DNA from: an uncultured Christensenellaceae bacterium
GTDB lineage: Bacteria > Bacillota > Clostridia > Christensenellales > UBA3700
Length of the DNA: 64,000 nt
NCBI GenBank assembly: GCA_944376205.1
Contig: CALWBV010000002.1
Location: forward strand, 72,520-136,519
Direction of reading: 5' to 3'
The translations under genes and the position numbers were made by a program. Shown piece by piece: positions 28,754-38,976 of this stretch. The notes under the pieces are model-generated. The model was not told the origin of the DNA, did not search any database, and was given only the letters and a program-made list of their open reading frames with translations. How positions within the stretch are numbered: position 1 is the first letter of the stretch; each line of letters begins with the position of its first letter.

Positions 28754-30850
28754 ATGGATAAATTAGAAGCATTTTTGTTACTTATGGGCGGACTGGGAAC
28801 TTTCCTGCTAGGCCTTAAACTTATGAGTGATAATCTGCAGAATCTCGCAGGTAATCGCTTAAAACCCTTATTCAACAAACTCTCCAACAACAGATTTATG
28901 GGAATTGCTACCGGTGCAGGTATTACGGCAGTCATTCAATCCTCTTCGGCGACGACGGTCATGGTCGTAGGTTTCGTAAATGCAGGAATAATGACGCTTA
29001 AACAAGCCACCGGTATTATTATGGGCGCAAATATAGGTACTACGGTTACTGCGCATATCGCTTCCCTTCAAGCCTTGCCGATTGCATCTTTCCTTGCGGC
29101 TACTGCCTGCATAGGTGCATTCATGGCAATGTCCAGCAAGGACAAAATCTCAAAGACGGGTCTGTTGATTTGCGGCATAGGTATTATTTTCGTAGGTATG
29201 GACTTCATGTCGTCTTCAATGAAAATCTTCAGCGAAGACCAAGCAATCAGTAATTTCATAGTTAAGATAGACGATCCTTTCCTGTTGATGCTCATAGGTC
29301 TCGTATTTACGGCACTTATTCAGTCGTCGTCAGCTACTACCTCGATACTAATTACTTTGGGTGCGGTAGGAATGATGAGCCTGAAGAGTGCTATTTTTAT
29401 GACCTTGGGTATAAATATAGGTACCTGCGTAACTGCAATGCTCGCCTCTATCGGCGCAAACGCAAATGCAAAAAGAGCGTCGGTAATTCACTTGCTTTTC
29501 AACGTATTCGGTGCGATTATATTTGCAATACTGATTTTAGTACTGCCTCTTATAAACTCAAAACTCGCATTCGATTATTGGCTTGCAGCGGCATTCCCCG
29601 ACAAAATCGGTACTCAAATCGCAATGTTCCATACTCTGTTCAACGTTGTTGTGACAATAATTCTGGTACCTTTTACCAGTGGATTGACAAAACTCGCTAC
29701 GCTTATAGTCAGAGAAAAGAAAAACAAAGTACAGGAAGTCCCCGAAGAAAAGAAGTTTATGTATATTGACGAAAGAATACTCAAAACTCCTTCGATCGCT
29801 CTCCTCATGCTCCGAAAAGAACTTATCGCAATGGCTAATCTTTCAAAGACAAACTTCGATCTCTCGATAGAGTGTCTCACAAAGCTCAATTTCGATAAAA
29901 TGGACGAGTTCAACGAAAGAGAAAAACACATTGACTTCCTCAACAAAAAGCTTACCAAGTATTCTGTTAAAATCTCTGCAAAGGACGTATCTTATATAGA
30001 AGAAAAAGAGATTGCATCTTTCTATCATGCCATAAGCGATATAGAAAGAGTCGGCGACTATGCTGAAAACATCTGCGAATATGCGCAAGAACTTGTAGAA
30101 AACAACCTCAGTTTTTCACAAGTCGCAATAGACGAAATATTGCTCATGAAGGGAGCTATCGACCATTTGTACGAAAACGTAATCACGGCTTTCGAAACAA
30201 AAAATATCGGGCTCAAAGACGAAATCGAAGGCTATGAAGATCTTGTCGACACATATGAAAGCGATCTTTCCAAAAACCATATCGCAAGACTTCACAACAA
30301 CACTTGCAGCGCAGAAAGCGGCGGCATCTTCCTCTCGATTATCAGCAACATGGAAAGAGTCGCAGACCACTTCCGCAACGTATTTTACAGTATGACGTCT
30401 TATATCTCCCCTTCTGTCAAGAGTAAAGCAAACATAAAGAATGATGACGATAAAAAATCTTCCATGGAATCTTCAGACGATAAGTACGGAGAAAAAATCG
30501 ACCTTAACGAAGAAGATATGCGTGCACAGGAGAATTTAAGTCTTTCTTTACTCGAACAGGACAAAAAGATTTTGGAAGAAAACGTTGAAAAGGAAACTCT
30601 TCTCTCAACCGCTCAAGTCGTCGAGAATAAGAAAAGCAATAAGAAAAATGCTAAAGAAGTCGTCAACGAAGAAGGTGAACAAGCTGTAGTTAAAACCGCA
30701 AAGACAGCAACTAAAAAAACGTCTTCAACGACACGTAAACCTGCTCAAAAGACAGCAAAGACCGCTCCTTCCGGCAAGTCGCAAAGTAAAGCTGAAAACG
30801 CTGCGAGCGGCTCTCAAACGTCTTCACTTCCTGAAGATAAATCTGAATAA
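28754..30850 (+). CDS. Na+/phosphate cotransporter-family protein with PhoU-like domains and a ~150-aa disordered K/S/E/T-rich tail
   Basis: Two Na/Pi repeats each with QSSSATT, then PhoU-like helical repeats (ERVGDY, ERVADH). The N-terminus MDKLEAFLLLMGGLGTFLLGLKLMS is typical, so ATG 28754 is preferred over the TTG at 28694. Confidence 0.85.
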   Translation: MDKLEAFLLLMGGLGTFLLGLKLMSDNLQNLAGNRLKPLFNKLSNNRFMGIATGAGITAVIQSSSATTVMVVGFVNAGIMTLKQATGIIMGANIGTTVTAHIASLQALPIASFLAATACIGAFMAMSSKDKISKTGLLICGIGIIFVGMDFMSSSMKIFSEDQAISNFIVKIDDPFLLMLIGLVFTALIQSSSATTSILITLGAVGMMSLKSAIFMTLGINIGTCVTAMLASIGANANAKRASVIHLLFNVFGAIIFAILILVLPLINSKLAFDYWLAAAFPDKIGTQIAMFHTLFNVVVTIILVPFTSGLTKLATLIVREKKNKVQEVPEEKKFMYIDERILKTPSIALLMLRKELIAMANLSKTNFDLSIECLTKLNFDKMDEFNEREKHIDFLNKKLTKYSVKISAKDVSYIEEKEIASFYHAISDIERVGDYAENICEYAQELVENNLSFSQVAIDEILLMKGAIDHLYENVITAFETKNIGLKDEIEGYEDLVDTYESDLSKNHIARLHNNTCSAESGGIFLSIISNMERVADHFRNVFYSMTSYISPSVKSKANIKNDDDKKSSMESSDDKYGEKIDLNEEDMRAQENLSLSLLEQDKKILEENVEKETLLSTAQVVENKKSNKKNAKEVVNEEGEQAVVKTAKTATKKTSSTTRKPAQKTAKTAPSGKSQSKAENAASGSQTSSLPEDKSE

Positions 30851-30879
30851 ATAGCTTTACAACAACTTATTTCAAAACT

Positions 30880-30908
30880 AAAAACCACCGATTGAATCGG
30901 TGGTTTTT
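30880..30908. terminator. Bidirectional terminator
   Basis: AAAAA-CCACCGAUU-G-AAUCGGUGG-UUUUU between convergent genes. Confidence 0.8.
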
Positions 30909-30935
30909 ATTAATCGTTTTATCGATAAAATAAAT

Positions 30936-31736
30936 TTATTTATTTTCCTCTTTGATAAGCGCCTTTGTCTTGTCCTGCAAAACGTTGAAATTTGCAAGAT
31001 CGTCATAGGGATTGGGAACAATACCTACATTAAGAATTCTCGAGATATCGAATGCTCTCCAAGGAACTTCGTCTTTGGGAGGATGAACGATAAATGTCAA
31101 TTTTTCATTCGTTACAGGATGAGTAAATTTGATTTCGGTAGCCCAAAGTCCGAGATTGTGTCTGAACGTTCTGGGATCTGCGCCGTATTTGCTGTCACCG
31201 AACAAAGGCAAACCTATCGAAGACATCTGCACTCTTATCTGATGCGAACGTCCCGTATGTAGCTGTATTTTGAAAAGGCTGAAGCCTTTTACTTCCTGCA
31301 CGAAAGAATAGTCCAAAACGGCAAGTTTTGCGCCTTCTGTCGCCTGTGGAACTACCTGAACTATATTTTTCGCCTGATTCTTCTTGAGATAATGCTTCAA
31401 TTCGCCTTGCTTTTGAGTAGGCACACCGCATGTGACGCAAAGATACATCTTCTCGAAATTGCCGTTTCTGATATCTTCGCTCAATCTGGAAGCGGCTTTC
31501 GAAGTCTTTGCAAACACCATTACGCCGCCCGTGGGTCTGTCAAGTCTGTGGACGAGACCTACGTATGCGTCACCCGGTTTATTGTATTTTTCTTTGATAT
31601 ATTCTTTTACTACGGTGAGCATATCCTTGTCGTTGGAATCGTCGCCTTGTGAAGGAATATTGCAAGGCTTAACCACAACTATTACGTGATTATCCTCGTA
31701 CAAAACCGTTAAATCTTTGCTAGTAAATTCACTCAT
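30936..31736 (-). CDS. RluA-family pseudouridine synthase
   Basis: 266 aa; catalytic motif HRLDRPTGGVMVFAK and HQIRVQ. Confidence 0.9.
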   Translation of the reverse strand: MSEFTSKDLTVLYEDNHVIVVVKPCNIPSQGDDSNDKDMLTVVKEYIKEKYNKPGDAYVGLVHRLDRPTGGVMVFAKTSKAASRLSEDIRNGNFEKMYLCVTCGVPTQKQGELKHYLKKNQAKNIVQVVPQATEGAKLAVLDYSFVQEVKGFSLFKIQLHTGRSHQIRVQMSSIGLPLFGDSKYGADPRTFRHNLGLWATEIKFTHPVTNEKLTFIVHPPKDEVPWRAFDISRILNVGIVPNPYDDLANFNVLQDKTKALIKEENK

Positions 31737-31767
31737 ATTTATCCTGTATATTTTGTTTTAATTATTT

Positions 31768-32649
31768 TTAGTATTTATATGTTGTTTTTCCGCTTGTCCA
31801 AAGTCCGCTGCAACCGCAAGGCAATATAAGTCCTTCTTTTGTAGGAAGACCTACTTCGTACGCCATACTGGACCCCTTGTAACCTTTGAGTGCGATACGC
31901 AGAATGTTGTCTATTACCTGCGGCTGAAGTCCCGTCGTATAAGAGTTGATAAGGAAAAACAAAGGCTTATCCGACAGTACTTTTGTACATTCTTCTACAA
32001 GATCGAAAACGTTGTCTTCGAGTTTCCACACTTCGCCGTTTGTACCTCTGCCGTAAGAGGGCGGGTCCATGATAACAGCGTCGTATTTGTTACCCCGTCG
32101 TATTTCCCTGGCGATAAACTTCTGACAATCGTCAACGATATATCTGATTCTGTCTGTCGGAATACCGCTCAAATTCGCATTAGTCTTTGCTCTGTCAACC
32201 ATGGCTTTAGCCGCATCGACGTGCGTAACAAACGCACCCGCTTTAGCGCAAGCCACTGTCGCTCCGCCGGTATAAGCAAAAAGATTGAGCACTTTTATCT
32301 CTCTGCCGCTGTCCTCTATGAGCTTTTGCATCATATCCCAGTTGACGGCTTGTTCGGGAAAGAGTCCCGTATGCTTAAATCCCATGAGCTTGAGAGAAAA
32401 TTTAAGTCCTTTTCGCTCAACGGTAAAGCTTTCGGGTACGTTTCCCTTGTATTCCCATCTGCCTCCGCCTTGATTTGAGCGGATGTAGCGTGCATTGATA
32501 CTCTTATCTTTTTCAAGAGGGAAAGCGCTTTTCCAGATAACTTGCGGGTCGGGACGGAGAAGAATGAGTTTACCCCATCTCTCGAGTTTCTGTCCCTCCC
32601 CCGTTGCGATTATCTCGTAATCTTTCCAATCGGTTGCTACTTTTATCAT
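31768..32649 (-). CDS. Class I SAM-dependent (rRNA) methyltransferase, RlmI/RlmK-like
   Basis: 293 aa; NLFAYTGG SAM-binding loop and DPPSYG catalytic motif. Confidence 0.8.
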   Translation of the reverse strand: MIKVATDWKDYEIIATGEGQKLERWGKLILLRPDPQVIWKSAFPLEKDKSINARYIRSNQGGGRWEYKGNVPESFTVERKGLKFSLKLMGFKHTGLFPEQAVNWDMMQKLIEDSGREIKVLNLFAYTGGATVACAKAGAFVTHVDAAKAMVDRAKTNANLSGIPTDRIRYIVDDCQKFIAREIRRGNKYDAVIMDPPSYGRGTNGEVWKLEDNVFDLVEECTKVLSDKPLFFLINSYTTGLQPQVIDNILRIALKGYKGSSMAYEVGLPTKEGLILPCGCSGLWTSGKTTYKY

Positions 32650-32651
32650 AA

Positions 32652-35600
32652 TTATATCTTTGCCACAGCTACGGTAATGACTTCACCGTTTATATCGAGA
32701 TCTTTCGTATAACCGTCAAATAGTTTGTCGGTAAGTTCGTCGGCAAGAACTCCTTCTGCGATAGATTTGTCGTTTTTAAGGATATCAACGCATTTACCCG
32801 TACCCTTATATCCGATTTTGATATGATCGACAACTTCGAATCCTGCTTCTTTACGCATTGTCTGAATCTTTGAAGTAAGTTCTCTTGCGATACCGGAATT
32901 GATAAGTTCTTCGGTAAGATTGGTATCTATCACAACGGTCATGGTAGCGTCGCTCTCGAGTGCGTAACCGCTCTTGTTGACAGGAGTGATAAGCAAATCG
33001 TCGAGTGCAAGTTCAATCATTTCGCCGTCTGCTTTAAAGCTATACGTCTTTCCTGCATTTACGCAATCTACTATTTCGGCAGCGTTTGTGCATGTAGAGA
33101 GATACTGTCTTATAGCACCGAGATGTTTGCCGTACTTGGGTCCCAAAGTCTTGAGTTGAGGCTTGAGTTCATAGGTAATGAACTTGGACTTATCCTTTAC
33201 GATTTCACAATTTCTAACGTTGATTTCGTCGGCTACCAAAGAGATAATACCCTTGTCGTTGACAGTCTTTTCAGTGAGTATATAAAGACTCTCGAGCGGC
33301 TGTCTGTTTTTGATATTAGCCTTATTTCTTGCGGCTCTGCCGAGTACGACGGCCTGCAATACGAAAGCCATATCCTCTTCGAGTTTCTTGTCTACCATGG
33401 ACATATCAGCCTCGGGGAATTTACACAAGTGTACGCTTTCGGGAGCGTCCTTGAAGAAAGCGGGAACGAGGTTCTGATAGATACTCTCTGCCATAAAAGG
33501 AGTATAAGGAGCAATGACCTTTGCAAGAGTAACGAGAACCGTATAAAGCGTAGTATATGCGGCAATCTTGTCGTCGGTCATATCGCTTCCCCAATATCTC
33601 TCTCTGCCGCGACGAACGTACCAGTTGGAGAGAATGTCCACGAAGTCCTGAATCGCTCTCGAACTCTCTGTGATTTTGTAGTCGTCAAGACATTTATCGA
33701 CGTAATCGACGAGAGTATTGAGGTTGGACAGAATCCACTTGTCCATATGAGAGAGTTTGCAATCCTTGAGGTTGTATTTAGAAGGATCGTAATTGTCTAT
33801 ATTCGCATAGAGTACGAAGAAGGAATATGTATTCCAAAGCGTACCCATAAACTTTCTCTGACACTCGGAAACGTTTTCTGCGGAGAATCTCGAAGGCAAC
33901 CAAGGAGCGGAAGACGAATAGAAATACCATCTTACGGCGTCTGCACCCTGTACGTCGAGAACCGACCAAGGATCTACGACATTACCCTTGTGCTTTGACA
34001 TCTTGATACCGTTTTTGTCGTTGACGTGTCCCAGAACGATACAATTCTTGAAAGGCGCTTTGTCAAAAAGCAAAGTCGAAATTGCAAGAAGCGTATAGAA
34101 CCAACCTCTAGTCTGATCGACAGCCTCGCTTATGAAGTTTGCGGGGAATTGCTGTTCAAAGACGTCCTTGTTTTCAAACGGATAATGGAGCTGTGCAAAA
34201 GGCATGCTTCCGCTGTCGAACCAACAGTCCATAACTTCGGGGGTACGTTTCATGGTTCCGCCGCACTTTTCGCACTTAAACGTAACCTTGTCGATATAAG
34301 GTTTGTGAAGTTCGATATCCTCTTTGAGTCCGCCGAGTTTTCTTAGTTCTTCTCTGCTGCCGATAACTTTTATCTCGCCGCAATCGGGACATACCCAGAT
34401 AGGAAGAGGAGTACCCCAATATCTTTCTCTCGAAACGCCCCAGTCGATGACGTTTTCGAGGAAGTTGCCCATACGACCTGTGCCGATAGTGGGAGGCATC
34501 CAGTTTACGGTAGCGTTATTTTTAAGAAGCTGATCTCTGACCGCAGTCATCTTGATAAACCAGCTGGATCTTGCGTAATAAAGCAAAGGAGTATCGCAAC
34601 GCCAGCAGAAAGGATAGCTGTGCTCGAACAAGAGTTCCTTGAACAAAAGTCCTCTTTCGTTGAGATCTTTGATCACAAGCTTATCGCCGTCTTTTACGAA
34701 AATACCCTCGAGTTCGCCCGTACCCTTGATAAATCTGCCTCTGTCGTCAACCATCTGAACAAAAGGCAAATCGTACTTTTTGCCGACTTTGGAGTCGTCC
34801 TCACCGAAAGCGGGAGCGATATGTACGATACCCGTACCGTCGGTAAGCGTAACGTAAGGATCGTTGGTAACGTAATAAGCCTTTTTCTTGGTATCGTTGC
34901 AGTTGTAAAGAGGAATGTATTCCTCGTATTCGTAATCTTTACCTTTCTTTGTACTGATTACTTCGTAATTCTCGAACAGCGACGAAACAAGTGCTTCTGC
35001 AAGTACGTAAATTTCGCCGTCCGCCTTTATCTCGACGTAGTTTTCGTCTGCGTTCATACAAAGCGCTACGTTGGAAGGGAGCGTCCAAGGCGTTGTCGTC
35101 CAAGCGAGGAAGTATCCGTCATTATTCTTTCTCTTGAATTTTACGAATACGGATTTTTCTTTTACGTCTTTATATCCTTGAGCAACTTCGTGAGAAGACA
35201 AAGCCGTTCCGCATCTGGGACAATAAGGCACTATCTTGTGACCTTTGTAAATAAGTCCCTTGTCCGCAATAGTCTTGACTGCCCACCATACCGATTCGAT
35301 ATAGTTGTCGTCGTAGGTGATATAAGGGTTGTCCATATCTACCCAATAACCTACTCTGTCGCTCATTTTTTCCCATTCGCCCTTGTATTTCCAGACGCTT
35401 TCTTTACACTTTTTGATAAAAGGTTCGATACCGTATTTTTCAATTTCGGGCTTGCCGTCTATGCCGAGCATTTTTTCTACTTCGAGTTCTACGGGCAGAC
35501 CGTGGGTATCCCAACCGGCTTTTCTTGCCACATAGTAACCTTTCATAGTCTTGTATCTGGGAATAATGTCTTTCATTACTCTCGTCAGAATATGACCGAT

Positions 35601-35765
35601 ATGCGGTTTACCGTTTGCCGTGGGAGGTCCGTCATAGAAGGAAAAAGATTCTTTTCCCTTGTTCATCTCCACACTTTTTTCAAAAATCTTGTTTTGTTTC
35701 CAGAATTCGATAACATCTTTTTCTCTTTCGCAGAAGTTCATTCCGGAATCGACCTTTTTGTACAT
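32652..35765 (-). CDS. ileS: Isoleucine--tRNA ligase, type 2
   Basis: 1037 aa; FYDGPPTANGKPHIGH (HIGH), KMSKHKGN (KMSKS), CP1 editing insertion; N-terminal signature of the eukaryote-like type-2 form. Confidence 0.96.
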   Translation of the reverse strand: MYKKVDSGMNFCEREKDVIEFWKQNKIFEKSVEMNKGKESFSFYDGPPTANGKPHIGHILTRVMKDIIPRYKTMKGYYVARKAGWDTHGLPVELEVEKMLGIDGKPEIEKYGIEPFIKKCKESVWKYKGEWEKMSDRVGYWVDMDNPYITYDDNYIESVWWAVKTIADKGLIYKGHKIVPYCPRCGTALSSHEVAQGYKDVKEKSVFVKFKRKNNDGYFLAWTTTPWTLPSNVALCMNADENYVEIKADGEIYVLAEALVSSLFENYEVISTKKGKDYEYEEYIPLYNCNDTKKKAYYVTNDPYVTLTDGTGIVHIAPAFGEDDSKVGKKYDLPFVQMVDDRGRFIKGTGELEGIFVKDGDKLVIKDLNERGLLFKELLFEHSYPFCWRCDTPLLYYARSSWFIKMTAVRDQLLKNNATVNWMPPTIGTGRMGNFLENVIDWGVSRERYWGTPLPIWVCPDCGEIKVIGSREELRKLGGLKEDIELHKPYIDKVTFKCEKCGGTMKRTPEVMDCWFDSGSMPFAQLHYPFENKDVFEQQFPANFISEAVDQTRGWFYTLLAISTLLFDKAPFKNCIVLGHVNDKNGIKMSKHKGNVVDPWSVLDVQGADAVRWYFYSSSAPWLPSRFSAENVSECQRKFMGTLWNTYSFFVLYANIDNYDPSKYNLKDCKLSHMDKWILSNLNTLVDYVDKCLDDYKITESSRAIQDFVDILSNWYVRRGRERYWGSDMTDDKIAAYTTLYTVLVTLAKVIAPYTPFMAESIYQNLVPAFFKDAPESVHLCKFPEADMSMVDKKLEEDMAFVLQAVVLGRAARNKANIKNRQPLESLYILTEKTVNDKGIISLVADEINVRNCEIVKDKSKFITYELKPQLKTLGPKYGKHLGAIRQYLSTCTNAAEIVDCVNAGKTYSFKADGEMIELALDDLLITPVNKSGYALESDATMTVVIDTNLTEELINSGIARELTSKIQTMRKEAGFEVVDHIKIGYKGTGKCVDILKNDKSIAEGVLADELTDKLFDGYTKDLDINGEVITVAVAKI

Positions 35766-35903
35766 TACTGCCTCCTGTAATCTATATGATTGTACTAAAA
35801 TTTTTCTTGTCAGTCAGTGTGCGCTTTATTATTTACAGAACAGTTACGATTGCGAGTCTGTCGCTCATAGTCGTCACATTCATTCAAAAAGGCGCCGATT
35901 GTA

Positions 35904-37214
35904 TTATTTTTCTGTTTTTTCCTCTTCTTCGGGAGTATTGACTAATACTTCAACCTTCTCGACAACGGTGTTGTCCATTTTCTTTACCGTGATTGCAAGG
36001 TTTTCAAAGTTAACTATATCCCCCACCTGCGGCATTCTGCCGAGTGCGTATGCTATATATCCGCTGAGCGTTACCGTGTCGAATTCTTCTTGTTTTCTGT
36101 TTACTTCGAAATAATCGAAAAATTCTTCGAGGTTGGTATCTCCGAGTACGGAATACTTATTGTCAGAAAGTTTGACTATAGGCTCGACGACCTCGTCGCT
36201 TTCGTCCCAAATATCTCCGACAAGCTGTTCGAGAATATCCTCGAGAGTTACTATACCCATCGTTCCGCCGAATTCGTCTACGACTATTGCGATGTGCGTC
36301 TTTGCCATCTGAAGTTTTCTCAAAACGTCGCTTATCTTCATTGTGTCGGGCACATAAATTACCGTCTTGGTGATAATCTTTGAAAAATCGCTTACGCCGT
36401 CGATATAGGCTTCGTAAAAATCTCTCAAATTGATTATACCCTTTATGGTATCTATGTTGTTCTGATATACGGGAAGTCTCGAATAACCGCTGTCTCTGAA
36501 TACCTTCATTACGTCGGACATACTGTCTTCTATGTCTACCGCTTCGACGTCAACTCTCGGAGTAAATACGTCTTTAACGGTCATATTGTCAAATTCGATT
36601 GCCGATCTTATAAGGTCGCCTTCATACTCGTCGAGGCCGCCTTCTGTCTGTGCTTCGTCAATATAAGTGATAAGTTCTTCGTCAGTAATATTGTCATCCC
36701 CTTTCTTCTTGAAAATCTTACCGAGGAAGTTTTGCCAAAATCCCATGAGTTTGTTTATAGGATACAAAATGTAGTATAGCAACAATATAAAAGGCGCTGC
36801 AAATTTTGCAAAAAATTCGGGATTGCGCTTTGCCACTGATTTAGGAGATATCTCGCCGAAAATCAGCACAACGACAGTAATTACAGCGGTAGATACCGTA
36901 CCCGCAAGTTCCTGATTGGAAATAAGTCCCGTAAACAACATTGTTGCAAGCGTAGCGGACGCGATGTTAACGATATTGTTACCTATAAGGATTGTGGATA
37001 TCAATCCGTCGAAATGTTCGCTCAGAAAGTAGATTTTGCCGTACTTTTTGGGCTCATTCGAATACATATTCTTAAGTCTTATTCTGTTGAGTGTAGAAAA
37101 AGCCGTTTCCGTAGCTGAGAAAAACGCCGAAAAAATTACTAATACTGCGATTGCCACTATATAAGTGATAATCTTGGAATTGCTGATAGGTGCCGATAAC
37201 AGTGGAACTACCAT
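35904..37214 (-). CDS. CNNM/HlyC/CorC-family membrane protein (DUF21-CBS-CorC_HlyC)
   Basis: 436 aa; 4-TM DUF21 N-terminus, tandem CBS region, C-terminal transporter-associated domain. Confidence 0.88.
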   Translation of the reverse strand: MVVPLLSAPISNSKIITYIVAIAVLVIFSAFFSATETAFSTLNRIRLKNMYSNEPKKYGKIYFLSEHFDGLISTILIGNNIVNIASATLATMLFTGLISNQELAGTVSTAVITVVVLIFGEISPKSVAKRNPEFFAKFAAPFILLLYYILYPINKLMGFWQNFLGKIFKKKGDDNITDEELITYIDEAQTEGGLDEYEGDLIRSAIEFDNMTVKDVFTPRVDVEAVDIEDSMSDVMKVFRDSGYSRLPVYQNNIDTIKGIINLRDFYEAYIDGVSDFSKIITKTVIYVPDTMKISDVLRKLQMAKTHIAIVVDEFGGTMGIVTLEDILEQLVGDIWDESDEVVEPIVKLSDNKYSVLGDTNLEEFFDYFEVNRKQEEFDTVTLSGYIAYALGRMPQVGDIVNFENLAITVKKMDNTVVEKVEVLVNTPEEEEKTEK

Positions 37215-37432
37215 AGTTGTAAAAAAATCTCCTTAAGCATAGTTAGCTAGGATAATTATATTACAAAACCCGATGTTTGTAAAGTGATATAAAATATTTT
37301 ATTATAATATATTGCAAATTATACAAAAAATAAACCGATTAATACGCATTGATTATGTATTCGCACGTTTGTGAATTGAGTTATTCGAATATATCGTCGG
37401 TCAATCCGACATTATACCAAAATAGCGCTGTG

Positions 37433-37463
37433 AAAAAAATAAGAGCGGAATCGCTTCCGCTCT
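37433..37463 (-). terminator. Terminator of the DUF3343 gene
   Basis: AGAGCGGAA-GCGA-UUCCGCUCU + UAUUUUUUU on the minus strand, overlapping the TGA stop. Confidence 0.8.
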
Positions 37464-37720
37464 CACATGATTTGTCGGTAATTCGTACCTCCGAAACTCT
37501 GCGTAGCCGCATAGACTTTTACTTCTGTTTTGAAAGGACATTGCGACAAAACCCCTGAAAGCACCGTTTGCGATACATTGGTCTTTATCGCAAGTCCGCA
37601 TGACTTCACAAGACTTCTGGGCGCATTTACGGTAAAACACGACAGTCCTCTCGAAGTGAAATATCTATACATTGCGAGAGTATCGTTTCTCGAGCGGAAA
37701 ATCAATAATAAGTAATTCAT
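37463..37720 (-). CDS. DUF3343-family small protein (putative S/Se carrier-like)
   Basis: 85 aa; LLIFRSRNDTLAMYRYF...VNAPRSLVKSCGLAIK fits the DUF3343 pattern with its conserved SCG; divergent from a cysteine desulfurase-family gene, the usual partner. Confidence 0.65.
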   Translation of the reverse strand: MNYLLLIFRSRNDTLAMYRYFTSRGLSCFTVNAPRSLVKSCGLAIKTNVSQTVLSGVLSQCPFKTEVKVYAATQSFGGTNYRQIM

Positions 37721-37793
37721 ATTTTTCTCCTTGGTATTTATGTAATCCGCTCTTAATACAATATATTAACAAATCAAACGCTTTGTGAGGTAT

Positions 37794-38936
37794 ATGATGA
37801 TATATTTGGACAACGCTGCAACCTCAAGATTCAAACCCGGATGTATGTTTGACGAAATGTTCAGACAACTCTCCTGCTCTTCAAATCCCGGCAGAGGCGG
37901 ACACAACGATTCGATAGATACGGCTATAAAAATTTACGACACCAGACAGCTGCTCAAAAGATTAGTCGGCGGAGATGACTCCTACGAACTGATTTTTACC
38001 TGTGGATGTACGGAAGCCGCAAATCTCGCAATAATAGGTTATCTGACCTCTTTTAAGGGACAAAACTGCGAAGTAATCTACACCTCATACGAGCATAACT
38101 CCGTAGCCCGTCCGCTTTGGCATCTCAAAGAGACTATGGGAGTAAAACTCATCGAGATAACCCCCGATAAAAACGGGCATATATCTTCGGTCGATATTAA
38201 CAACGCAATCAACGAAAATACGAGACTGGTGTGCGTAAACCATATGTCCAACGTGACAGGATATGTCAACGATATAGAGGAAATCGGCAAAATAACGAAA
38301 CGCCGAAACGTACCTTTCTTTGTAGATACCGCACAGTCTCTCGGGCACTTCAAGATTGACGTAAAAACCTGCAATATAGATTTTTTGGCGGCGGCAGGTC
38401 ATAAAGGACTGCACGGCAGTCAAGGGACAGGTTTTTTGGTCTATAACAAATCTCTCAAACTTTTACCTATCCGTTTCGGCGGCACGGGCACGCACAGCGA
38501 AAGTCTTGTTCAGCCCGACTTACCTCCCGACTCTTTTGAAGCAGGCACGGTCAACAGCGCAGGCATAATAGGTCTCGGAGCAAGCGCCGATTGGACATAC
38601 CGCAATCTGTCTAAAATCGTCATGAATACAAAATATCTCACAAGCGAACTCATTTACGGACTCAAACAGATCAAAAACGTAAAACTCTACTCCGCTCAAA
38701 ACAACGGAGTCGTATCCTTTAATTTTGCAGACTACTCGTCTACCGACATCGGCGACTATCTCAACGAAAACGATATTGCGGTACGTTGCGGACTGCACTG
38801 CGCACCGTTGATTCACAACAGGCTCGGCACAGCTGAATGCGGTACTGTAAGAGCAAGCATAGGTTACAACAATACAATAAGCGACATACACGCCCTTCTC
38901 AAAGCAATAGAAAAACTAAATTACGCAAAGGCGTAA
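37794..38936 (+). CDS. Class V aminotransferase-fold cysteine desulfurase-family protein
   Basis: PLP-lysine context AAGHKGLHG, active-site loop RCGLHCAP, N-terminus YLDNAATS; start ATG at 37794 or 37797 (the GTG at 37785 is part of the GAGG SD). Confidence 0.87.
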   Translation: MMIYLDNAATSRFKPGCMFDEMFRQLSCSSNPGRGGHNDSIDTAIKIYDTRQLLKRLVGGDDSYELIFTCGCTEAANLAIIGYLTSFKGQNCEVIYTSYEHNSVARPLWHLKETMGVKLIEITPDKNGHISSVDINNAINENTRLVCVNHMSNVTGYVNDIEEIGKITKRRNVPFFVDTAQSLGHFKIDVKTCNIDFLAAAGHKGLHGSQGTGFLVYNKSLKLLPIRFGGTGTHSESLVQPDLPPDSFEAGTVNSAGIIGLGASADWTYRNLSKIVMNTKYLTSELIYGLKQIKNVKLYSAQNNGVVSFNFADYSSTDIGDYLNENDIAVRCGLHCAPLIHNRLGTAECGTVRASIGYNNTISDIHALLKAIEKLNYAKA

Positions 38937-38976
38937 CCCGATTGGAATTCGGCGAATAAAATATAGAGGTGAAGCT

